Part shown: piece after piece, positions 24,868 through 38,183 of the stretch
How positions within the stretch are numbered: the stretch's first letter is position 1
Layout of the letters: each line of letters starts with the position of its first letter
Source: Lepidodermella squamata
Taxonomy: Eukaryota > Animalia > Gastrotricha
NCBI GenBank assembly: GCA_047495785.1
Contig: JBLDXI010000013.1
Coordinates: forward strand, 2,232,001 to 2,296,000
Length of the DNA: 64,000 nt
Direction of reading: 5' to 3'
The notes under the pieces: model-generated
What the model was told of the DNA's origin: nothing
The model's database searches: none
Seen by the model: the letters and a program-made list of their open reading frames with translations, nothing else
Translations under genes and position numbers: made by a program

Positions 24868-27427
24868 ATGCTTGGTCTTAAAATCGGGGACTTTGAACGG
24901 ATTGGTATATTTTGGTATGAGGATATTTCAAGGCTCTAAGCCGTCCTAATAGATATTCATTTTCGTTTACTATTATTTATATTCCCCGTTCTTTTCCCAT
25001 ATTAGCTAATAAAAAAAAATTGCTGCGGAAAAAACGTTCATTTGCTGCGAAAATAAAGCGATACTGCGAAAAGAAAAAAATTGCTGCGGAAAGAAGTACC
25101 GATCTTTTATCCGCGATAACCGAAGAAATAAAAAATTAACCGGAGAAAACCAGGAAAGCCCCGAAATTAACTGGTTCGGTAATTTTCGGTATTTTACGGT
25201 ATTTCGGTATATATTTGGCCAAATTTCTCCGGACTTTTTTAATCCTATTAACAAGTGACTTGCATTCAGAACATTGAAAGCTTTTACATGGCAATCAACG
25301 GTGTGAGAGCGCCTGCAGCCGTGATAAACTAAGCCGGTTTTTCGTCTGTCCCCCTGGCACTGTATTCCATCGTAAATTGTGACAATCGAGCCTTTCCATT
25401 GGTTTATCGAAATATTTCAAGTTCACCTGGAGCAAAGGACATGCTCTCGCCTACTATCTTCGGGGCGCCGAGTCTCATCGACGCGTTACTTCACATTTTT
25501 TATTTTGTTCATATCAATCCAACAACGAAGTTGGGTGTTGGGCTAATTATGCTCGAGATCAAAGGTGAATCCGCGCTGAACAGCGCAACTGTCAACGGCG
25601 CGATAACACTAGCGTCGCCATTTCTCGATACTAATCGTGGACGTGCATTAGTTGTATAGATTTTTAGGGCTGGCGGCAACCCAAGTGAGTCACCTGGTGA
25701 GGTGGTGAGTCGTTATTAGCGGGCAGCAGTTTTTTAAAGGCGGACGACCGTGCTTCTTCGGCTTATCGTCGTCACCAGTTTGATCGTTGACCTTAAGTGC
25801 GGTCTTCCGCGTTTGCGATTTAATAACTTTTGTTCAAGACTTGATAGATAATTTTTATGATGCGGGGCGCTGTTGTAAAATAGATACCTAACGTTTTTTT
25901 AATTATTGGGTAATTTTACAGCAATTTTACACAAACAGCCTTTATCTAATTGAAAAGGAAATTTGAAAACGCCTTCTTTTTCGCAAGGCCACTCCAAAAA
26001 CAGTATATATCACGCTTCACGGTGACAACCCGTAACGCAGAATTTTCGAAATAAAGTGCGCAAGGCCGGCAGCGTAACAGGGAGGCGGGCACGCGCGCGT
26101 TCGCCTGGCGCCGCATAGTACATTTGTGTTATTAGTGATTCCGCGTGTCGAGTCCATAGTATATTAGTCTCAAGGATGTTGCCCCTTGCGCGCATCCAAT
26201 TATAGCAACACCTCGCGCAATTAGCCACACATAATATTGTTAAACCATTACAGCCTCTATAAGGTTTTGTTGTTGTGGCCGTTCGCCGCGCGCTTGCCGC
26301 GGCGAGGTCCGGTTATTTGAAAATTTAAATTAGGCGCGCGAAGAATAGTTCATCATTCATTTCTTCTTTTACTTGTGCCAAATTTTGTTATTAATTTTTT
26401 GTTACTTTTCTTTCGCGCGGAAATTCAATTGATTAAATTCATGTATTTAATCAATTGAAAATCTTGGCTTTCGGTAGTTAGCACAGTAATTTGCCTGTAA
26501 TTACAAGGCACTGTCATCTATTTATTTTAAATGGCTCTATTCAGTTTTTGCCTTCTATTACGGTCCTTCCTCATATTTCGGTATTTACAGTAATTCTTCT
26601 TCAATTTCACGAGGCTTGCTGTCCTAGCTAAAAGGCACGAGAAAATGCGCTAGTCTTTTCCCGCTTTTTCTAAGTATTTTTCAAAAGCATTTATTCCAAT
26701 TTATCACAACCGATCATTCTCTCAGATGAAACTGAAATTTTGAGTGACGACACTTAATCGAAGAAGATTAGGTATATAATGACTATGAATAATTGATTAT
26801 TAATTCAATTTTTTAAGAGGGATTTGAGGACAAAGATTCTCTGTTATATGACTTGATATTTTCCGACTTCATTCCCATATGCCACCAAAATGATGAAAAT
26901 GATGTAAAAAATAGAGAAGAAGAAGAAGAAAAAACCGATGTAAAATCCATGAACAACTTTGATTTTTAAATGTTTAAAGGTAGCTGGTAGTGGAACAGGT
27001 GCTACGTTTAGGAACGCGCGGTCGTGCGCGGTTGGAATTTAAATTTAATTCTGAACTCTTAGCTTCTAACGATTTGTCCCAATCTCAAAATATGCAATAT
27101 GAAAATTATGAATCGTTCGCTGAAAAGCGAAAAATGTAAACACTAGTGCTATGTTTGTCAAGTAGAAAGTTCACATCTGAACTGCGTCGGCTGAGATTTA
27201 AGTATCGGAAGAGAGGGGTAAATCGGGAGAAGATAGCGGCTATATTTATAATCCATCGCCTCCCAAAGCAATTCGCCCATGTTTTTTTCGGTAGAATATA
27301 AATGAAACGCAGCTTTCATCTTGCCCAACGTCCGCGTGTGTTTTTTAGAGAACTACCATTTTTTTCTTGCGGAGGGTGCAACAAACCGAATAATCATTTC
27401 TGTTATTTTCAAGAGGCAATATAGGCA

Positions 27428-30400
27428 ATGCTTCGTACAGTTCTAGCGTGTACGCTCGCTTTGGCTTTCACCTCTATCAGCAAGGTTGAAAGCCAGGCTA
27501 ACCCTACTACCTCACGTCCGTCTGTGAATGATACCACAGCGAAAATGACAACGGTTGGTCGAAGTAATGCACGGCCAGTACGGCCAGCTCGTGCTGTTAC
27601 AACAACTGAAGCCAAGACTCTGGCTGCTGTCGGTGTGTTTCTTCCTCATTTTTACCGGTGTTAATTCAAAGTAATATTTTTGTTATAAAGATTCAGCAGT
27701 AAACAGTACATTATCCGTCAAAGTGGAGCCATCTGGCTGGCTCAACTATTCGTCCATCGCTACAGTCAAATTTACCGCATCCCCACCATGCACTGGCTCC
27801 ATGTCTTTATATTACCTTCAAAAGAATGACCATACCGATAGTTTCAGCGAGTCTTGCTACTACAGCCCTGTTCGATGTTCAAAATCGATTCCGAATGTGA
27901 CCGTTGCTACTGACGATGCTCGGGGTGCGTGGATTCAATTAACTGGCAAAACAACAGACCTCAAAATCGGTCGCTACATCCACCGCTGTACGAAAGATAG
28001 TCCTGAAGAAGATAAGCCAGACTCTGCATTAGAGGGTCGTATCGCCACCCTCGGTTTCAATGGTTAGTTCATTACTATTTCATTGATAACTGTCGAAGTA
28101 AAAGTATTTTCTAGTGAATCCTAAGTTTTCGCATTTGAAAATCAGCATTCCCTCTATTGGAATGGATAATCTAATTGAGCTAACCTCGAATAATGTCTGG
28201 TCAGCCGTTCGGCTTAACGAATCTGCGGATTCGGCGTTCTTGTACTTCGGAGTCGCGAGGGGATCCTCTCGACATAACGATACTTCTTTCAGCTCGTTCA
28301 GATTCACCTGGCCAGATTCTGATGTTAACAATGGAAAATATGGCTCTGTGATTAGCCCACTATACGGGCGAAGAGTCATCTCGTAGATCCAAAGATATAA
28401 TATTTTAAACTATGCTAATATTCTTACGTGTTTAAAGATCTTATGCGCCTAATGGACAATGGGTTGGGTACGAGATTCAGAAGCAAGCATTGGCTACAGC
28501 TAAGATCTGCTCGATCAAGAGCACTGTCTACGCTTCCCTACACGGTGCGCCAGAACGAGACTCTCTCAGCCTAACACTCAACTTTACCTATTCAAAGATG
28601 ATCTCCTCAATTTCCGGTAAAAATTCACCGCTCAATTGGACATTTGAGTTAATTTATTTATAATCATATATCATAATATAGTCGTTCGCACTAATAACTC
28701 CCAATGTGAATGCCGATTTACTTGCAATGTTTTTGACGAATGTTCTGATGAGTCCGACAATAGCCCTGCTGAGTTCTCTTGGTACTTCGGATTTGTTATG
28801 GGTGATGATGTAAGGACTTATCCCCTTCTGATTATGTTATTAAGTCGCTGTTTTGCTTTCACAGAGCGATTGGATCAGTACCGGCTCCCAGGCTAGCTAT
28901 ATCATGAATGGGACAGACTGCCAAGAGCGATACAGGATAGCTGGCCTATCTCCAGTGCAATACATCGTTGGCTGCAAGCTAGAAAGGAAGAATAACACTG
29001 AGTTAATCAGCAGCATGCAAACAGATTTCAGGAGTCTGCTCAAGTGGTGCAACTCAAGCGAATTTCAATGCATGTCTGGTGGATGTATACCTATCGGGTA
29101 CAAATGCAACGGGCGCGACGATTGTTCTGATGGTTCGGATGAATACTCCGATATTTGCAAGAGCCAGAACAAGACAAGCTGCGGGCCTGGGAAATTCCAG
29201 TGCGTTGATGGAAGTATGATTTATTTATTTCGCCTAACTGACAGTTGAATTTTTTATTTTTTAAAGAGAGTTGTATTCAAGAGAAATTCCGATGTGACTC
29301 CATCGTGGACTGTGCCGATAAATCAGACGAAACCAATTGCATGGTCAAGGGAGCTGTGTGCCCAAGAAGTTATTACAGGTGTCCCGGTTCAAGCCGGTGT
29401 ATCTCAAACTTGTAAATTTATGTTTCCGAGCTACGAAATCTAAATCAAGTCTTTAATTCATTATGTAGACGTGTTTGTGATGGGATTGTCGATTGCATCG
29501 GTATTTTCCAGAAGCTTTTTAAAACGCGGTTACTTATCTTAGTAATCTTTCTACTGATCAGGAGCGGAGGATGAATTGAGCTGCTCTGACGGCAAATTTA
29601 CGTGTACGGCCGACAAACAGGCTTATACCTCTAGCTTATGTAACTCCGTAAGTTTCGAGCGATGCATTAATGATAAAGGGTTACTTTTGCGGGATGCATT
29701 TTCAGGTCAACGACTGCGGCGATAATTCGGTGACACTTTGTAACAAGTCTCTTGCGGCAAATGAATGTTTTTAATAGGACGAGGCCTCGTGCGGAGACTA
29801 CACGTCACAAAAATGCCTCCATATGGGCTCATGGAATAACCAATGGTTTCAATGCGTTTCGGATGGGAAGTGCATAAATCCTGACAACATTTGCGATAGA
29901 GTTCCAGACTGTTGTAAGTGAATTTAACCATTTGATAAACAATTATACCACGAGTATTATTTGTAGCTGATGGCAGCGATGAATATGGCTGTTCGATCAA
30001 GCCTGACAATGTCACCGATACCACTTTTACATCGAAGAGCAACCAAGAAAAACCTAGAATCGTCAGCATTTGTCATCCTTTGGAATTCAAATGCCAGAAT
30101 GGGCGATGCGTCAATCGTGAGCGCGATGGTAGGCGATGAGAATTTGGCTGTTATAGAGATAACACAGGTTTTTCGCAGGGTTAATTTGCAACGGAAATAA
30201 CGATTGTGGGGACAATAGTGACGAAGGTGAAGTTTGTCAGAAATGTGATGAGAACAGTGGCTTGTTCAGGTGCAAAAATACCGGCAGATGTATTGCAAAA
30301 TCATCAGTATGCGACGGCAGGTTAAGCTGCGCTGCACCCTGGTTGGGTGAAAATGACCTATCTGATGAAACCCCCGAAGCTTGTGATTGGTTGCAGGATA

Positions 30401-32389
30401 AAGTGACGAAAAACTTGCTCGCCAAATGCCCATCTGGATACATTCAATGCCAAACCAGCGGCAGATGTGTTTCAGTCAACGCACTTTGTGATGGTGTTCA
30501 AGATTGTTGTCCCAATGATGTATCGTCCGATTCAGAGGTCTTGTCAGCACCAGGGGCGAAGGTTCATAACAACGTGACCCATCTGAACAGATGCGAGCGA
30601 ACTGACGAAATCGGCTGCGAAAACAGGAGAAAATGCTCGAAGGAGAATGGAGGTTGTGCTGGGCAATGTACACCGGCTTTCAAGGCGGAGAAAAATGTCT
30701 GCGAAACAGATACATCAGCGCTGGAGATAGGTTTTTGCTCCTGCGGGGAGGGTTATTATCGCCCCTGGTGGAATGCGTCACTGTGTCTTGACATCGATGA
30801 GTGCGCATCAGTTTCAAGCAATAACTGCTCCCAGGCGTGCGAAAACTTGCCAGGGTCTTATCGCTGCACTTGCGAGAATGGTTTCGTTGACGAATCGGTC
30901 AATGATAAACGCAAACCGATAGGCTCTTGCGTGCCTCCTAATCAAGATCAAGATTTGGTCTTCGTATACACATACGGTGGTTCAGTTCGTGCTTTACGGA
31001 AGTCTCAATTCGTCCCTCAGCTCTTGGGCGATATTTCATCAGAAGTAAGTTCTGCCAGCCAGATTTTTTATCAAAGGACAGCATATGTCATCAGGTATAA
31101 AGTAAGTTATGGCCATTGGGAATTTCAAGTTATCTATTGCTGATATCATACAGGCCCTGGATATCACTCAGACTGTAGATATCGCACAGGCTCTGGATAT
31201 CGATGTAAGAGATGGAAGTGTGGTGTATGCTGATCAAAGATCGCTGATAAAATCCTCAGTTTTCTTGGATCGAAACAATCAAGTTCCACCTCAAAATCTT
31301 TCAGATGGATCTACATTCGCCTACCAAAACATCTATGACATAGCCATCGATTTCATCGGCAACAACATCTACGTTGCTGATATCAACGGTGATTCCTCCG
31401 CGAAGAAGGGCAGTTCGAGAATTGTTGTCTCCACGGCGGATGGAAGGTATCCAACTGTTCTGCTGGAGCTGCCTGCTAATCAATCGATCACTGCAGTCGC
31501 CGTCAATCCTATTAATGGCAAACTGTATTACGCTTATTCCCTGAATGTTAGCACTGCAGACTCATTAGATTACGAATTTTACCTCGAAGTCATGTCAATG
31601 AATGGTAGCAAATCAGGCAAGGCTGTCATCTTCAAAGCCGTTAAGAACTTCTACGTGTTAGACGGAATAACATCGTTGGTTGTCGACTATCTGGGAAATG
31701 GAAGAATCTACTTCAACGCTGGTACCTCGATCTACATGATGAATCACGACGGGTCCGAACTTACGGCGATTCCAAGAACTCAACAAGATTCACCATATGG
31801 ACGTAGATTCGACGTGTTCGGCAGTAAATTGTATGGGTTGCTGGGGAAGTCGTATGAAATTGCAGTGGGTAAACCTTTCAAAGAGAGTGCGCAACTTGCG
31901 GAAGCTGATAAATTCGGGCGGCGAATCGGTGTTAAAATACGCGATGCAACTGATGAATACAACAACATAAGGATTTACCATCCGTTGAAGGCTGGCAATC
32001 TGGGGAGATTACCTAACCCATGCGCCCAGTTACAATGCAGCCATCTTTGCCTACTCAACATGAATGGAGGTGCATCATGCTTCTGCCCGGATGGCTCAAG
32101 CTCCAGAAACTGTTCCGCCCCTGTTGTGCCGGAGCTTGAGAAGCCAAGTGTTTGCTTCGCCAACTGTGCGCCAGATCGTGGCAAATGCACCCCTCGCAAG
32201 GTGACTTTGCAAGGGAGGACACTAACTGAATATCAGTGCGAATGCTTTCATCCTGACTTTGCCGGACGGTGGTGTAACGAGCTGCCGAAAGGACTTGAAG
32301 CGAATACGTGCGATGTCGCTTCTTCAACTGAAGCAAACTTTGTAGCGATGGCTCTTATGTTTGTTTTAACTATATTCCCTGCTCTTTGA
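27428..32389 (+). CDS. LRP-like protein, paralog 4 (recent tandem duplicate of paralog 3; GPI-anchor-like C-terminus)
   Basis: Colinear with 16701-21662 including long identical peptides (EEDKPDSALEGRIATLGFN; YQNIYDIAIDFIGNNIYVADINGDSSAKKGSSRIVVSTADGRYP) and similar introns; ends DVASSTEANFVAMALMFVLTIFPAL*. Confidence 0.88.
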
Positions 32390-33202
32390 AAGGGACATTT
32401 TAACAATAAGATGTTTGCGGGCATCTCCAAAGAATGCCAAAGAATGCCGGTTTGTTGCTCTAAATTCCACTCCTTGCGCATTTTTTCCTACTCAATTCCT
32501 GTATTTCTCTCTTCTTCGACAATTACCTAATGGAAAAATACGCCCTTGTTTTTATCACCTTGTCTATATTGATTATTGATGCAGTATATTTGGAGAATGC
32601 AGAAATGAGGCCAGATGTTCCTATCCGAGAACCTTTAACATAATATTGCGATTTTTGCTACTCATTCTATGCAGATTTAAAACGGGTTTTTGGCCCATGC
32701 CCATACTCTGGTTCAAGTTGTGGATAAGAAGATAATAAAAATAAAAGTACTAGTTGGAACGTGTGATTTTTTTAAATTTTCCAGTCAAGGCCAAGTTGCT
32801 CAGAGTTTTCAATCTTATCAATTTCAATTATCACTTTACAGTTGCTAGGAAGTGATATTCGTTGGTTTGGTGCTGCGATGTGATCCTCTTTTTAACTGAA
32901 GCTAAAGACGGTCTCGGACCTCTTCTGACCTTCGCCCTTTTAGGACCAAAGACATTGTTTGTTAGAATTCAAATGACAAAATGACAATAAACACGCGCGA
33001 AGTGTCTCAAATCGCGTTCTAATAAACAACAGACCTTCGAATTATTGCGCGAACCTGAAACAGAGGGCTAGTTCATAAAGACAATTTTGCAGCGACACGC
33101 GACCGATGCCTAACGCGTCTGTGGAAATTGGCGCGTGGCGTTCGAATAAAAGTAGGAAATAAACAACAAAATATTCATTCCTTATTATTTTTATCCAAAA
33201 AA

Positions 33203-35841
33203 ATGGTTAAAATTATTCTCGCTGCTGTGCTAGCTCTTATTTTTCAAGTCGATGCGTTGACGGTCGAGCAGCAGCAGTGTGTTGGAGCTCGCAACAGCCG
33301 AAACGACCGCGATTTGTACCCGCACCCAAGTGATTGTCACAAATTCATCCACTGCGTCTATCACGAAGACAAGGACCCGGATGCCTTTGTCGTGAAATGC
33401 CCGGCTGGCCAGTTTTGGCGTGATCCTGTCCAGAGTTGCATGCCCGAGGGCTCTACGCAATGCAGCGATCGCTGTTTGGACAACGCCGGTCTCGGCTATT
33501 TCGCGAGTTCAACCAACTGCCGGCAGTACTACTTGTGCTCGAACCGAGCTGCCTACGCCATGTGCTGCCCGAAGGAGACGCGATTCAACGAAACGGCCTT
33601 CACGTGTGAATCGGACGAAAATTGTCTGAGTGACTGCAAGCAGGAGGCTCCGCTGGACCCTACCGCGGCCAAACCGGCAGTTCAAATTGACGCAACCACA
33701 TGCGTAGATGGCTTCGATCGAAAGCTGAGGATCGACACTGTCCGCGCTGATGGCTACTACAACATTGACGATGATGGTACGTTGCCCATCTTGGAGGATA
33801 TTACAGTATGGGGCATAAATATTGAGCCGACTTTATTTATTCACAGCGCAGTCATTTCGGCTCTGATTCTCACATATCTTATACCGTTGGAAAGCCCACG
33901 AAAAATAGATCATTCCCCTAAAATTTCGCTCAAAAGATCCGGACCGAATCCAAGCTATAGTAAGTTTAATATTTCGAGCTGATTGCTCAAAATCACGTAA
34001 CTTTATTTTATAACTAATCGAGTTTTGAGCTCCATTAAGCTCTAAAAAGTCCCTATTTCAACTGGGGTATCTGTAAAATGACCCGAATAGCCATGAATCT
34101 GACGAAAAAAGTCATTTTCCGCCACATTTTGTGGCACAAGAGACTAGCGCAAGCGTGCCATGGATAGCAAGCTTTAGCTTTTTCACTTGCTTGTGAGCTT
34201 GCTACGTGTTTTCGTAGGCTTTATATCATGCCAAAGTTGTCGAATTAATTTTTGAAGTTGACTTTCAACCCTCTGAGTGAGAAATAATCTATCTGCTCTT
34301 CATTACTGGACTGGGGTTTCGCTTTTTTGGCTAATATTGGGGGGTGTGTGCCTATATGGTGTGCCTTCGCTTTATCGCATCATCGTGTCGCAATGGGGCA
34401 CATATCAATGTCCCAAATCATTGCCAGAGATGCCTGGAGCATGCCGGGATGGTGATCTGTCAATTTTTTAGGGTTTGGGAGCGTCCAGAGTTTGCCTTTG
34501 ATATGTATCAAAACTAGAATTTAAATTTTTGAAAGATGGTGATTTTTGTGCGATCAACACGGCTTCTTAAACTTGCTATAGATTGGATTCGGTCCGGATC
34601 TTTTGAGCGAAATTTTAGGGAAATGATCTATTTCTCATGGGCTTTCCAACGGTATAAGATATGTGAGAATCAGAGCCGAAATGACTGCGCTGTGAATAAA
34701 TAAAATCGGCTCAATATTTATGCCCCATACTGTATTTCATCAAATTTAATAAAAATTTGAAAATTTGAAATTTAAATATTAATTTAATTTCGATTATTTC
34801 CATTAAAAATTATAATTCGGAAAGTCGAAAAATGTAAATCAAGTCCAAGAAGAATTGTTAATAAATTTTTTATTCAATTGACTCACCTGATTGATAAAAA
34901 AATTCAAATTCAAAAGCCGAAAATGTCTAGTCTTCTTGATTGTATTTCAATGAAATTCAGAAAATGATGTAAGTACTTCAATTTTTTTTTAATTTGAAAA
35001 TGTGTAGGTAATCTGAGCCCCAGAATGCCTTGCCCTGTCGGTCTCCTGTTCGAAGTAGCCTCTTGCCGCTGCAATACCGCAGCTAATGGCACTCTACCTG
35101 ATTCAGCGACGCGCAAGCCTCACCGCGCTGTATCGCTGTGGGTCAACTTTGATGAAGGTTCTCAACCCAAGGACTTGTCAATCTCCAAATACTACGTCAA
35201 CCTGGCTGGTGACGCTGCCATTGTCAGCTCGCCTGTTGCCTTTGGCTCCGGGTCTCTCCACGTTCCAGGTGGCAATACTTCCTATGCCGCTGTTTTCGGC
35301 TTGAAAAGTGTCGATTTCGGAGCTGCTCTTTCATGGTGCGCTGCTTTCAGGTAAAAACCGTAATTTGTTGCTTAAATTGTTGTTATAAGATTAGTTATTT
35401 AGATGCTCATCCGCATCTTGTTCCAAGGGTGGCATTTTGTCCAACAGCAAGGATGGCCAGTCGACTGAATACACCGTGATCATCGGCATCAACAGCGCCT
35501 CGCAACTGACCGTTCGCTTGAACCTGGCGACTGGCGCCCAGCAGGCTACCTTGACTCTTCCAACTGGTGGCGACTGGAACCACGTTTGCGTTACCTATGG
35601 CGCGAACACTTTTTCAGTCTACCTTAACGGCGCGCTGGCGTTTGATGAAAGCATCGGTGGCTTCACCATCATCAGCCGTTACGCATTCATTATCGGCAAC
35701 GATTTGGGTCTTGGATCATTTTCGGGCAATATCGACCAAGTTCTGGTTGCCCCGTTCCGGTTGACTGCGGCCGAGGTCACAGCTCTTCACAATAATGACC
35801 TGGCAACTCTTACTGCTAACGGCTTCTTCGGCGCGAATTAA
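33203..35841 (+). CDS. Secreted chitin-binding type-2 (peritrophin-A) repeats plus laminin-G/ConA-like domain protein (Pif/BMSP-like architecture)
   Basis: Exons ~33203-33776, ~35009-35350, ~35403-35841. Signal peptide MVKIILAAVLALIFQVDA; ChtBD2 motifs (YPHPSDCHKFIHC..CPAGQFW..C; NCRQYYLC..CCPKETRFN..C; CPVGLLFEVASCRC); LamG motifs (WNHVCVTY..VYLNG, IIG..FSGNIDQV). Confidence 0.85.
33804..34732. mobile_element. Tc1/mariner-type non-autonomous element (~165-bp TIRs, TA target site) in intron 1 of the ChtBD2-LamG gene
   Basis: TA|CAGTATGGGGCATAAATATTGAGCCGA... and ...TCGGCTCAATATTTATGCCCCATACTG|TA; TIRs ~33804-33970 and ~34566-34732 nearly identical; no transposase ORF. Confidence 0.92.
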
Positions 35842-35939
35842 CTTCGAATTTTTAGAATTTGACAAATTATTACTTTTCGCCGCTATTTAATGTGCTGACT
35901 TCATCAAAATTTATGAAATAAAAAAATGATATGAAAATG

Positions 35940-36406
35940 TTAGCAATCGGGTTTGAATTTGCCAAGGCATTTCGCTGAACCCACCGGCTCGCAAATACCA
36001 GGGTGAGACAAATAGTGCCGATCGGTTATTTTCGGCAAACTGCCCTTAGTCCAAGAACAGTCTGGGTCGCCCAGCTCAACGCCATTGCTACGACCATCGC
36101 CGTCACTATCCATCATACACAAATCTCGAGTCCATGTCTAGAATTTTAGTAAAATTAAATATATTTTGAAAAATGATGATGAGCTGATAGTACATGGCCG
36201 GCTTTTGCAAAATCGGAGCCAAAATTATTGCGAGCTCCGCCCCCATTTGAATTAAAGTGACCCACGCCGCGCCAGGTCTTAGAATGGTCACAAGGATCCG
36301 GAACTTGGTGACCATTAGGAATTTCGCCGGCAAATATTGGAAAGCCGTGAACATCTCGAAGAGGGTACAAAATGCAGAAAATACTGAAGATTACTGTCGC
36401 AAACAT
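35940..36406 (-). CDS. Temptin-like secreted protein
   Basis: Exons 36406-36194 and 36137-35940. Signal peptide, then IPNG..VPDPC..WRGVGH..GGGARNNFGSDFAKAGH|TWTRDLCMMDSDGDGRSNGVELGDPDCSW..LSHPGICEP, the temptin signature. Confidence 0.9.
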
Positions 36407-37346
36407 CTTTAAGGCAATTTGTTGTGAAATTGAATCGAATCGAATGAACAGGCGTCTTTAAATAGGTCTGCGACATGTGACCTGCCTTGTTTACATTGGC
36501 TGTGAAATATTTTTTGCCCATCGCCAGACCATACAGCAGAATAACATATTGACCGCAACTTGAATGTTTTCTCGCCATCACATGACTTCTTCTGAAAATA
36601 ATGCCGACTTGATGATAACAAGTATATAACCTGCCGTTGTGTCACCTGAGGCCAAGTGCAGGCTATTAGGTGCTTTTAATTGACGCGCGCAAAGGTTGTT
36701 GAAAAAAATGACGCTGGCTATTGTTGTTAGAGCGCAGAAATTCGCTTATAATATCATAGCAATTTTCAAAAATACCTGGTTAACCACGCAAAGCGAATTG
36801 AATGTCACACGTGTGTTTATTGTTTTCTCGCGCACTTTTTGCGCGAAATTAATGCGCAACGCAAAGATGCGATACTTATATTGCGCTATTGTTTCGAGCT
36901 ATTTTTATGAAGTTGATACATGGGATCAGAGTGGAGATACAAAGTAAATGCTTCTCCTCTCTCAGCACGCAATTAACATCAGATATTTTGAGAACCACTG
37001 TAATAACAGCAGTCAGCGGCATTTTAAAACTTGAAAACGCGCTGATTACAAAAATTTGAGAGATAATCCTGGTAGTAAAGCTGCGATAACAACAATGAGC
37101 GGCTTTTAATGACTAATTGTGCATGCGTTTGGCTATCGTTATTTCGGCGAAATGACAAACGCAAAATTAGCGCGCTCGTGCGTTTGTAAATAACACCTGT
37201 TGATAAGTATATAGCCAGGAGCTAAAACACGCGCAAAAACATTCTAGCGCGCTTCCTGTAATCTCAATAAAAATTTCTATAACCATTAATTTTTGAACCT
37301 TCTTCCATTTAGGGATGACTCAATACTTTAATTTTAAGCAATAAAA

Positions 37347-38183
37347 ATGAAGTTACTGGTTAGCCTGATTTTGTTGCTGAAATTCGCCTCGAATCAAGCT
37401 AACATGGCCTCACAAATCCAATTCGACAATTACCGAGCCAGAAATAGCCCTCGTAACCCGTCGTCGTCACGTAATGGCAATCTAGGCAATCAACAAATGG
37501 CGAGGTGGCTAATGGGCCAGCAAGACGTCGGCTACTACTTTCCGTCATCAGCTTACAACCCGTTGTCGAAGAAGCATTCGCCATGTGGGAAATTCGCGGG
37601 CAATCCTAATTTACGCGGAAAATTGTGTTGCGATAACGGGATGTTGTTCGATGACCCGTACGGCCTGTACACCTGCTGCGGCGATCTGCCTTGTCTAACG
37701 CCTGTCGGAGTCAATGTAATGTCAATATTTCCAGGCTTCGGATCGCAAATGGAACAAGTTCGATCAGAACCAGCTAATGGGGAAAATGTCCCATCTATCG
37801 CTCTGAATGACTTCCAACCCATGACCATGACTCAGGAACAGCAGAATGACGCTATCAACGTAGAAAATGGCTCAATTTCGCCTCGTTCGGCTGATCAAGG
37901 AGGCTATTATGATGATCAAGCCGAACAATATTACGCGCCTCCCGATTCTCACAACGCATATGAATCATATTTTGAACCGGCTTTTTCTTTCCCTCAATCT
38001 CAGCAGCCTCAATTTGTGTCTCAGTCTTACAACTACGGCGCTAGACCGCCAACATCTGTCGACGTTGATAAGGGCTTTCTTCCCTCGCCGCGACGATCTG
38101 ATCTTTATAAATTCGGCAGCAAAAATAACGAAGGGCGACAAAGGGCGCCCCAGTTGATTGTAGTGGATGGCAGAGTGTTCTGA
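37347..38183 (+). CDS. Secreted low-complexity (Q/N/Y/S/P) protein with one galaxin-like double-Cys motif
   Basis: Single ORF with signal peptide MKLLVSLILLLKFASNQA; motif PCG..KLCCDNGMLFDDPYGLYTCCGDLPCLTPVG. Confidence 0.75.
   Translation: MKLLVSLILLLKFASNQANMASQIQFDNYRARNSPRNPSSSRNGNLGNQQMARWLMGQQDVGYYFPSSAYNPLSKKHSPCGKFAGNPNLRGKLCCDNGMLFDDPYGLYTCCGDLPCLTPVGVNVMSIFPGFGSQMEQVRSEPANGENVPSIALNDFQPMTMTQEQQNDAINVENGSISPRSADQGGYYDDQAEQYYAPPDSHNAYESYFEPAFSFPQSQQPQFVSQSYNYGARPPTSVDVDKGFLPSPRRSDLYKFGSKNNEGRQRAPQLIVVDGRVF

Larger units (their letters stand above)
22812..25101. mobile_element. TIR-bounded non-autonomous element (~80-bp inverted repeats) carrying nested insertions
   Basis: 22812-22890 (..CTGCAGCAATTTTT..TCGCAGTATCACTTT..TCGCAGCAAATCAACGTTTTTTCCGCAG) is the near-exact reverse complement of ~25020-25100; ATCTTTTA lies next to both ends (22800-22807, 25102-25109), a possible TSD with a small offset. 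Confidence 0.7.

Noticed and set aside
25260-26340. GC-richer stretch with short ORFs (25399-25659, 26010-26228)
   Set aside because: No recognisable protein or RNA motif; possibly decayed element sequence, but unsupported.
28060-28125. In-frame stops in paralog 4 suggesting a pseudogene
   Set aside because: They fall in an intron also present in paralog 3 (AATG|gt...ag|TGAATCC); the spliced frame is open.
33777-33982. C-terminal part of the 284-aa ORF
   Set aside because: Read-through into the intron and transposon TIR, not real coding sequence.
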